The notes beneath the pieces were generated by a model, which saw only the letters and a list, made by a program, of their open reading frames with translations, searched no databases and was not told the DNA's origin. DNA of 47,931 nt, taken from positions 1 to 47,931 of the forward strand of contig PS015462.1 in NCBI GenBank assembly GCA_048213135.1. The letters run 5' to 3'. The position numbers and the translations under genes were made by a program. The stretch comes from Reclinomonas americana ATCC 50394 (Eukaryota). This document shows, piece by piece, positions 14,521-24,000 of the stretch. Positions within the stretch are counted from its first letter, which is position 1, and the number at the start of each line of letters is the position of its first letter.

Positions 14521-14773
14521 TATCGTTGACTCTCCGATAAACGTAAGAGAGTGCAACTATAGGTAAAGAAAAGGAGAAGAAAGAGGACGAAAGAGGAGAC
14601 TTTGTTGTTGAGTCGGTCGGTGTCCAGGGTTCCTGTGCGTACAGGCACACGGGCGAATATCGGGATAAGCAGGCACTCGGGCCACACGCGCTGCTTGAGA
14701 CATCGTATCGGAAAAATAAGGGCGGACAATGAGACAGATTGGTTGGAGCGTGATGAGTCATCGGCGGTTGGAG

Positions 14774-15151
14774 ATGAGCGGCGAGGAAGTGTCGGCCACG
14801 TCGCTCTCTATTGGCGAGCAACAGCAGTTGAATGCGCAGAAGGTGTGTACGTGTGTGAGAGAGAGAGAGAGTGGAGAGCGAGAGTCTGACTCATTGTTGC
14901 AGATTGCGTTTCGTATTGCGAATGAGCGGTATATGCGCGCGCATCCTGAGCTGCGGAGAATGATCTCAGCAGTTGCGTGCGCGCTCTTTGAGTGAGTGAG
15001 TGTGTGAGTGAGTGGGCGCGCTCAATTTTTCGTCGCTTTGCAGTTTGTGCAAGAGTGTTTGCATGAGAAGCCCGACGATGTGTGTTCGCTGGCGGTGGCC
15101 TTCTTCACGCATCCGAACTTGAAGGGGCGTATTGAGGATGTGCATGAGTGA
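14774..15151 (+). CDS. RIIAD1: RIIa domain-containing protein 1 homolog (exons 14774-14842, 14903-14971, 15044-15151)
   Basis: Spliced MSGEEVSATSLSIGEQQQLNAQK|IAFRIANERYMRAHPELRRMISA|FVQECLHEKPDDVCSLAVAFFTHPNLKGRIEDVHE* matches the RIIAD1 pattern (K..TRIANEKYLR.H.E...LIS.F..E....RPD.I..FAA.YFT.P.L) as recalled. Confidence 0.85.
14972..15043 (+). other. Intron with +1-shifted donor A|GTTGCGT (RIIAD1 intron 2)
   Basis: GT-AG excision gives ISA|FVQE and keeps the conserved F. Confidence 0.85.
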
Positions 15152-15349
15152 ATGTCTGTGTGTGTGTGTGGAAGGTGGCAGATGGAGGGGGAAGAACGGA
15201 GTTGCGGTGAGCGGGAGAAGGAGAAGGAACAGGCTGGAGGCGTTCACTCGGGGAGTGGAAGGGATTTTTGCTGAGGAAGCTTGTTGTCGGAGCTGAGCGT
15301 TTGCTTGTTTGCGCGCACGAGGAAGACTGGTGAGGATTCGAAAAGGCAG

Positions 15350-15710
15350 AGCTTACCGCTGTGCCTTTGCTTGCTCATGGCGATGGCGTGGAGAAAGGCT
15401 GCAACACTGCGTCGCTGAGAAGCCTTATGTCACGAGGAAGAGCTTACTCACGGCGATGGAGTGCAGGGGAGCCGCAACACTGCGTCGCTGTTTGGAAGCT
15501 TTATGTCGCGGAGGTTGAGCATCCTCGCTGTGCATTCGCTTGTTCACGGCGATGGCGTTTGAAGGGAGCCGCAGCACCTCGTCGCTCTGTTCACGTGGGC
15601 GGAGCCTCCTGTCGTGGAGGCGCGAAGAGAGGTGAAGGGGAGTTATAACTTCACGTCGCTGTTTGGAAGCTTTATGTCGCGAGTCAGAGCTTTTGCGCTG
15701 TGCCTTTGTG
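15350..15710. repeat. Degenerate intergenic tandem repeat, about 3-4 copies of a 75-100 bp unit
   Basis: Recurrent blocks cgctgtgc(c/a)tt, tca(c/t)ggcgatgg, gc(c/t)gca(a/g)cac, cgtcgctg(tttg)gaagc(c/t)ttatgtc(a/g)cg. Confidence 0.7.
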
Positions 15711-16371
15711 GAATGCTTTGACACTGTTTCGAAGTCGCTGTGCGCGACAGTCTTCAGTCGCGGATCCACAGCATCTACTCTGTCGTTGCTTGCGTTGATG
15801 TCGAGAGGAGTTCCACACCATTTCGTTCTCGATCCTCCGCTGTGCTTCTATGGCTCTCTACGGTTCACGAAGCAGACTTATCAGCCAGTACTCATCGTCG
15901 GCAAGGGATTTGTGGACATTTGTCGCATTATTGGAATGTGGTGAATGAAGTGTTTTGTTTTTGTTGTGTCTTCTCTATCTCTCGGCACTGGAGACGGCGG
16001 TCTGCTGTGCGGGCGTCGGCTTTGTCAGCGCAAAAGTCACACAAATTCGCAACGATCGTCGAAATAGAGTCCATGACACTTGCACAGCCTCAACGCGCTT
16101 ATGTTGTACACACATACCTCGTACTGCCGGCGTAATGTCGAGAGGGTCGCGGACGCGATATTGTCGCATTTGCGATCGGAGTTCTCGGCCCCGCGCGCTG
16201 CAGTCAAATCGCGCTCCCCTCGCACACTCTCGCCACGATTGCCCACGCATACAAGTAAAACAACAACAACAACACCAGCAGCAGCAACAGCAAGCACAGT
16301 GAAAAAACCGACTTCACGACGTCCCACTTCTCGCACCCACCCACCAACACTCACACACTCATTGTCGTCGC

Positions 16372-17641
16372 ATGTCACAACGAGGCTCATTACTGCCTCC
16401 GCCACTGGGAGGCACCACTGTCCCACCTTCTGCAGTGGCCACTCTCACCGACCAGAAGGCAGCCACAATGCAACAGAGTAGGCACTCGCTGAAGAGCGCA
16501 ATCACACAGGCGAGTGTAAGAAGGGCGCCGCCACTGTCACTGGCGACGAAACTCCTCAACTTTTTTGGATACATGTTACGCGCGAAAGAGAAAGAGAAAG
16601 AGAGTGTGTGTGTGAGAGAGAGAGACTCATTGAGGTGTGTCTGCAGATCGTTTTTGATTCTGCTGGGCATGGTGTACATTCTCATCAAGGTGTGTGTCTG
16701 TCACGCACATACTCACACACACACACACTTGCCTGCGCATGCTCTCTGACACGCATTTTCCATTGCAGCTGTTGGCCCGATGGTTCCCTCCGGTACGCGA
16801 GCTTTGCACTCTGCCGCACACACACGCACATACACACATACATACAACACACACTCGCACACACTCACTCACTCACTCATCCACACAGATTTGCATGGCT
16901 TCTGTGCGACTGCTCAGTGGCGGTCTCATATTGCTGTTCTTCTTGCTCGGCTACTCGTTGTTTGTGCCCTCATTTCGACCCAAGTTCAGTCTTGCCCCCC
17001 GCCAACCGCTGTTTGTGTGTGTGTTGCTCTTCTGACGCTGTCTTGGCGTGTGCGCGGAACGCAGGCTACGCTTGGCGCTGTTCACGGTCAGCGGCTTATG
17101 GAGAGTCATGTTCTTGGCGGTCACCAATTCCCTCATTCCGAGTATCATTATCATGGAGGCGGAGGTTTGGGTGTCTGTCATCTGTGGTTGGCTGGCTGCT
17201 GCGTGTCTGACCACTCCTTCGTTGTTGTTGCTGCAGTCGGCGGGAATCAATGCAGGCAGCGCGGCCATTTTCATGTCCACGGCACCGCGTTGCGTGCACT
17301 CCTGTTCTCGTTCCTCTGCTGCGCGCGCTCTCTCTCTCTCTCTCAACCAGCAGGCTGGCACAGTGTTCGCCATGGTTCTGGCCCACTTTTTCGTCGGACC
17401 CACGGAGCGGTTGGTGTTCAGACGCGCGCCTCCTCCCCGTGTCCTGTAGTTCTCACGCTCCGTGTGACAGTTACTCGTTGAAGAAGTTGCTGGCGTCGCT
17501 GGCGGCCTTCACGGGCGTGGTGCTTGTGATCCTCGATGACTTGGCCAACACGTCGGACGGCACGGGTGCCCCTGTTTATTACTACCCGCTGCTGCTCGTG
17601 TCGTCGTTCATGTATGGCATTGCACCGGGTGAGCCGTGGTC
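16372..17641 (+). CDS. EamA/DMT-family membrane transporter, 3' end lost in gap
   Basis: Spliced: GMVYILIK|LLARWFPP|ICMASVRLLSGGLILL...INAGSAAIFMSTAPLFAMVLAHFFVGPTERYSLKKLLASLAAFTGVVLVIL, a typical EamA repeat. 8 donors visible. Confidence 0.8.
17289..17363 (+). other. Intron with +1-shifted donor C|GTTGCGT (EamA gene)
   Basis: GT-AG excision restores the EamA motif STAP-L-F (c|tg). Confidence 0.8.
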
Positions 17642-18356
17642 NNNNNNNNNNNNNNNNNNNNNNNNNNNNNNNNNNNNNNNNNNNNNNNNNNNNNNNNNNN
17701 NNNNNNNNNNNNNNNNNNNNNNNNNNNNNNNNNNNNNNNNNNNNNNNNNNNNNNNNNNNNNNNNNNNNNNNNNNNNNNNNNNNNNNNNNNNNNNNNNNNN
17801 NNNNNNNNNNNNNNNNNNNNNNNNNNNNNNNNNNNNNNNNNNNNNNNNNNNNNNNNNNNNNNNNNNNNNNNNNNNNNNNNNNNNNNNNNNNNNNNNNNNN
17901 NNNNNNNNNNNNNNNNNNNNNNNNNNNNNNNNNNNNNNNNNNNNNNNNNNNNNNNNNNNNNNNNNNNNNNNNNNNNNNNNNNNNNNNNNNNNNNNNNNNN
18001 NNNNNNNNNNNNNNNNNNNNNNNNNNNNNNNNNNNNNNNNNNNNNNNNNNNNNNNNNNNNNNNNNNNNNNNNNNNNNNNNNNNNNNNNNNNNNNNNNNNN
18101 NNNNNNNNNNNNNNNNNNNNNNNNNNNNNNNNNNNNNNNNNNNNNNNNNNNNNNNNNNNNNNNNNNNNNNNNNNNNNNNNNNNNNNNNNNNNNNNNNNNN
18201 NNNNNNNNNNNNNNNNNNNNNNNNNNNNNNNNNNNNNNNNNNNNNNNNNNNNNNNNNNNNNNNNNTCCGCCACTCGCGCTGCAAGCACCATCGACAGTGT
18301 CAACTCACCACCACCACCATCAACAACAGCTATTTCGCCGGCAACAGCCACGCAAC

Positions 18357-20201
18357 TCGGTACTTTTCGTACATCTTCACCGCCTTTTCTCGATCCTCGG
18401 CCGACACCAGCACGGCGCCATTGCTCAGCAGCGCCAGCTTCTCCGACAGGCGAACATTCTGTGGCGCACCATCCTCAACAAAAAAACCAACCCCACGCGC
18501 TCTATGCAACACCACCCATCCACCCCCTCACCTCCTGCTCCATTTGCGTCAACTGCTTGTCCAGCTCGGCCTCGGTTGGCTCCGACTCCAGGCGCTTCAC
18601 GTCGTTGGCGAGTGCATTGCGCTCGGCGGTGACGGCTTCATCCTGCGCCTTGGCGTCCTCGATCTTGGCGTCGAGTTCGGCGAGTTCGGCCTCGTTGAGA
18701 ACCGGGAACTGATCCTGGTCGGCAAAGTAGATGCGCTGCTTGCCGGACCCGTCCTTGGCTCCGATCTTGTTGGCGGTGGCCATCGCCTCCAGCACCTTGG
18801 TCAGCAGCGGCTTCTTCACCGCGCCTTTTTGGGCGTCGAGAATGTGCTGCACGCTGAATGGCCGATTCAACTCGCGCAAGTAGTCCAGCAGCAGCTTCTC
18901 CACTGCGCCCGCACGTCAGCTCAATGAACGAGACAGATGCCACAGACTCATTAACGCACCCTCCTTCTCGTTGGTGATCGCCTTGACCTTCTCCTCCTTC
19001 TTGCCACCCGAGGCCTTCTTGCCACTAGCCGGTGCCTTCTTGCCGCCCGTCGCAGACGTCGCAGTGGAGGCGGCTGTGCGAAGCTTGTCACACAACAGAA
19101 GAGATATATAGAGAGAGAGAGATGCTACTCACCAGCTGCCTTGCCTCCAGTCGCCTTCTTGGCCGCCGGCTCTGCGTTGACAAAAAAAAAAGAGTGAACT
19201 CATTGTCTGTGGTGGCTGATGAAGAAGAAGAAGCACGCAACTCTTTTCCTCGTCGCCACCAGCATCGGCGGCCTTGCCTGCAACACGAAATGGAGTGAGT
19301 GGAGGCACCAAGAGAGCGTGCATCACAAACCACCGCCACACCCTTCTTGGCCGCCGGAGCCTTCTTCGCTGCCGGGGCCTTCTTCGCGGCCTTGCCCTGC
19401 TTCGCCTTCTTCTTCTTCTTGCCTCCACCGTCGGAATCCGAATCGTTAAAGTCGTCGTCCTCATCCTCCTCGTCCTCCTCCTCCTCGGACTCGTTATCCG
19501 CGGCAAAATCATTGTCGCTGTCGCCGCCCTCATCGTCCGACTCCACCTTGCGCTTGGCAGGCGCAGCAGCAGCAGCACGACCACTGCTCGCCACCGCCTC
19601 CGCATCGTCAACCGCCATGGCCGCCGCCGTATCCTCCTCCACAGAGCGCTCCGTGGTCGCTGATTGCGGAGTGCCTGTGCACCCCAGTCGGTCAGCACAT
19701 GCACACACGCATTCTCTTTCTCTCTCTCTCTCTCGTGCACGCACCAGTCACTGAGGGTGGTGTGCTTCCACTGGCCTCGTCGCTCTTCACAGCCTTCTTG
19801 CCGCGCTTGCCAGGCGATGCTGCGCCCTTCTTGGCACTCGGCGCCTTCTTGGCCGACTTGCCCGCCTTCTTCTTCGGTGTCACCTCGGTGGCTTTCAGTG
19901 AGGCGAGCGCCTCGGCGTCGCGCTCACGCACTCCAGGGCTCTCGCGATCAGAGTTGGGTTCTGTGTGTGAGAGAGAGAGCGTGTGTGTAAGTGGAAGCTT
20001 GGCGACATGTCGCGTGCACAGCGAGAGAGAGAGAGAGAGAGATGTGTATGTGCGTGTGTGTGTCTCTCTCTCTCTCTCTTTGTGTGTGAGTGTGTGCGCA
20101 CCAAAGTCGCTTCCATCAGACTCGTCTTCGTCTGAGCTGAACAGCTCTTTCATGTCAAAGTCACTGTCGTCATCGTCGTCGTTGTCCTTCTTGCGGCCCA
20201 T
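18357..20201 (-). CDS. HOP2: Hop2/TBPIP meiotic recombination protein with long acidic/Lys-rich N-terminal extension, 3' end lost in gap
   Basis: EKLLLDYLRELNRPFSVQHILDAQKGAVKKPLLTKVLEAMATANKIGAKDGSGKQRIYFADQDQFPVLNEAELAELDAKI followed by coiled coil and ...LVSAEDREKAVKMYEKYR. Joined in frame through GT-AG introns to the ATG at 20201. Confidence 0.85.
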
Positions 20202-20496
20202 GTTTCTTCAATGTCGCACGCACACACGAAAAGAGAGAGAGAGAGAGAGGAAAGGAGTGGGAAGAGAAGATGACACACACGAGGTGTTCACTGCGCGGTG
20301 ACAAAAGTGAAAAGTCTGGGGGTTTGCCCGCTGCGCGCGCCCCCGGGATGCTCGCGATGTCAATTTGTCTTGACCGAAAACTGATGCGCATGCAGTTGTC
20401 TGGAACGCGCGCTGCTGCCGCTGCTTCTGGTTGCACACTGTGGCTCTTGTACCTGCACACACTGTGCTCGAAAAGTGAACAAGCGGGTTCGAAATA

Positions 20497-20515
20497 TTTC
20501 GCGCGCGAATTCAAA
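20497..20515. promoter_or_regulatory. Possible E2F site (TTTCGCGC, within palindrome TTCGCGCGCGAA) next to a CHR-like TTCAAA, upstream of HOP2
   Basis: Sequence tttcgcgcgcgaattcaaa in the divergent HOP2 / secreted-protein intergenic region. Motif match only. Confidence 0.3.
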
Positions 20516-21028
20516 AATGCGCATGCGCGTGCGCGCGCGGGGTTTGCAATTTGCATAAATTCTATTTTCTTCATTGATTTTTCAACCCTCGCGAGAGCAC
20601 TCGCCACACACACTCAACTTTCTCACTCTGACACAGCTGCTGCTGATATACTCGTACATTTATTGGTGAGCTCGAGAGCATGTTCGAAGAGCGCAGTGCT
20701 GCTTCACAACACACACACAATCAGCATGTATACCGCAACACTCGAACATGATGATGATGCACAGCGACAGCATACACACCAGCGCACGCACCAGGACACG
20801 CAGGTGTCATGTCTCACTCACTGTGAACGGGGAGGAGCGAATAGTGGGGGGACGCACAGTTTTCGTCGCACATGTCGCGCACTTGTCATGCTCTCTCTCT
20901 CTGTCCACGTACGCGTGCACGTGTGCATGCCGCCTGTCGTGGGTCGCGACCGTCGCTGCGCCCCATTTTGCACGCCGTTTTGTCTCACATTCGTGTGATA
21001 CCACACGCAGCGCTTTCGACAACCAACC

Positions 21029-24000
21029 ATGACTGCCACCAAGGCGATCGTGTTCTGGACAATGCTGGCCTTTGTGCTCGTGGCCATGGCTCCCCTGGCG
21101 TCAGCTGCGCCTCTCAGTTGCGTCACATGCACCACACTCCTTCTCTTTGTGTGTGTGTGTGTGTGCGCGCGCGCGGGCGAAAGGCGGCGCGCGACCGTTA
21201 AACATGTGACCGTTTTGACATTTTTTCGCGCCCAATTTTTGTTCTCTTATTCATCGAGCTGCGCGCAGCCCTCTCGCCCGGCAACATCGCCATCAAGGCC
21301 GGCACCGCTGGTCAGATCGTCGACATCAGTGTGACTGGCTCGGCCATTGCCTGGTCAGCTGCCTCCACTGCCACTCTCTTCCTCGATCGCGCGTGCACTG
21401 GCGCCTCTCCGACCACTGTCGTCAACTCCAACGCCGCCGCCTCGCTCACCTTTGATGCCTCGGGTGACGCCAATGGTGGTGAGCGATACCTGTGCATCGA
21501 CGTGGACGGAGCGGGCACCGCCGCCCGCAGCGAGTTTGTGGCCACTGTGTTTGTCTGTTGCGTTGCCCCTCCCTGCATCATTTCTCCGGATCCATCACTG
21601 ACTCGCTTCTACTTCTCCTCTCTCTCTCCCTGTCTCCTTCCTTCTCCTCTGTCTCCTTCTCTCTCCCTCCCTCTCTCCCCCCTTCCCACCACCACCGCAG
21701 ATGCCATTGGCACTCAGCTGAACAAGACGCCGCAACTCGTGAACGGTCTCGCCGACTTTCGCGTGACGGTGACTGGTCAGCACTTTGCCAATCGTCAACT
21801 GGGTACTGGCGGCTTGTTTGGCCTGTTCGCGGCCGCAGACTGCAGCGGATCTTCGGCACCAAACTCGAGCGTCACTCTGCAGGCCAGTGATCCGTCCGGC
21901 TTCTACACTCTGTTCTCGGTGGCCACTGGCGCATCGTTCGCGCAGGGTGCTCTGGGTGCAACGGCAACCGGGTCATGCACGCTGGTGTCGCCGGGCGTGT
22001 ACTATCTGTGTGGCAAGTTGCGTCGACGTTTGGGGGGAAAGGAGGCTGACATTCTGCGGTGTGCGTAACACTCCTTGCCGGCGCTTGGTGGCTTGCCTTG
22101 TCGTGTGCGTGCTTGTTGTGTCTGACCCTCCCTTCTCCACTGTCGGGTTCACCTTGCTTTGTCTCTCTGCATTCTTTCTTTCTCTTTCCTCTGTTCTTGA
22201 TTTCTTCTTCTTCTCCTCGTACACTTCCTGTCTCCTTCTTCTTCTTCTTCTCCCTCTCTCTACTTCTCTCTCTCCTCCCCCCCCCCCCCCCCACTCCTCT
22301 CCGCCGTCTCTCATAGCCTCCCTTCCCTTTCGCCAGGTTCCAGACCGGTGGCTCCTCTGTGTACCGCCTGCAATCACACCCACTCATCGTCACCGCCGCC
22401 TCGTCGTCGCCTGTGATCTCCTTTGCCAATCCGCCCGTGCTCAAGTACGGCAGCGCCAACTCGGTAGTGATTGGCTCCTCTGCCGAGAACCTCACCGACT
22501 GCACGAGCTTCAAGCTGGTGCCGGCGGGCGTCGATTGCGCCGCTCTGTCGGACTACTCGACACTGACAGGCAGTGTGGGTGCGGTGTTTGTGCGCGGCGG
22601 CGCCGATACCTGCCAGTTCGCGACTGGCTGCCGCGTGTTCCGTGCGACCATCACGCCGAACGGATCGAGCGGCGGCGGGGCGTACAAGCTGTGTGTGGCG
22701 GCCAACAACGGACCATACGCGTCGGCGGAAGAGTCGTTCACCTCCGGCTTCATGACGGTCGGTGGCCTCAGTGCAAGTGGCGCGACGCCCAATTCGACGC
22801 CATTGGTCGCTGATGATGCCACCACGAAGCCAAGCATGTCGACACTGGCGGTGACGGCGACCACCATCCAGTTCACGTTTGCTCGCGAGTTTTACCGCCG
22901 CCCGCGCGTGTTGCTCGGCTTTGCCAGTGTCGGCAGCCAGCAGGCGACTGCTCCGATTTCCACTCTTGCCAACGAGCCGGCCGACGGTACTTTCGCGTTT
23001 TGTGCGGAACCAGAGGTGACCGTGGCGAGGCTGTCGACTCGCTGTCATGGCGTGTCGACTGACGGGCAACCGGGACCCACCATCACGCTGAGTTGCGTTC
23101 ATGGAGGGAAAGGTGTGTGTGAGTGAAGTACGACTCATCAGCGTCCCTCTGCTGTGCTGCACATGCAGGCTACCTGGCGTACTATGTGCATCACACGAAT
23201 GCTCTGTCGATGGACGGTCAGCGCACGTTGACGAGCACTGCGTGGTTGACGGATGCGGCGAACAAGAACAGCTCGACTGTTGCGTTCTTGTAAAGTCATG
23301 TTGTCGTGTGAGATCGTGACCTGACTCGCTGTGCACAGTTGGTGAGTGTGTCTTCCGCGTACCAGTTTGCGTCGGTGCCAGCTATTCCAGTGGCCGTCAT
23401 TGGTGTGCTGTCGATTCGACAGTCGGCAAGGGGTAACGACGGTCGCGTTCGAGGCGATAACTTCTCGGTGACCAACAGCTCAGCGTCGCGTTCGAGTTTC
23501 GTGATCAAGGGCTTGGTGAGCGGCGACTCACGTATCGAGGCTGTGTCCGCGCGCTTTGCCGCGGCACCGACACGCCCCGACAGCACCAACAACAGCGGAT
23601 TCGTCATGCTGTCGGGAGGTGCGTTCTCATCCTCTCCCCTCTGCTCGAGTGTATTGCTTCTCTTTCTGATTTCTTTGTGAGTGGCGCAGAGACGACGCAC
23701 ACCAGTAGCACGACGACACAGACCGCCAGTCTGGTGACTTCGTCGACACCCAATGGCCTTCTGCGTGCCACCATCAGCGTGCAGCTGTTCCTGCGTGGGT
23801 GGAAGTCGTCGACAGTCACCGTGCAGAACCGGATCGACCAGCAGTCGCTGCAGTTCACCGCCAAGCGTCTCGGCAACGAGGACTATGTGACGGCGATTTC
23901 ATTCAACGCCAGCGGGGCTGACGCGTCCGACATTGAGTACGTGACGTGGGTGGCGATTGGTCGTGCGGCGCAGGGCGCGCCGATCTCGTGCCCTGTCGGC

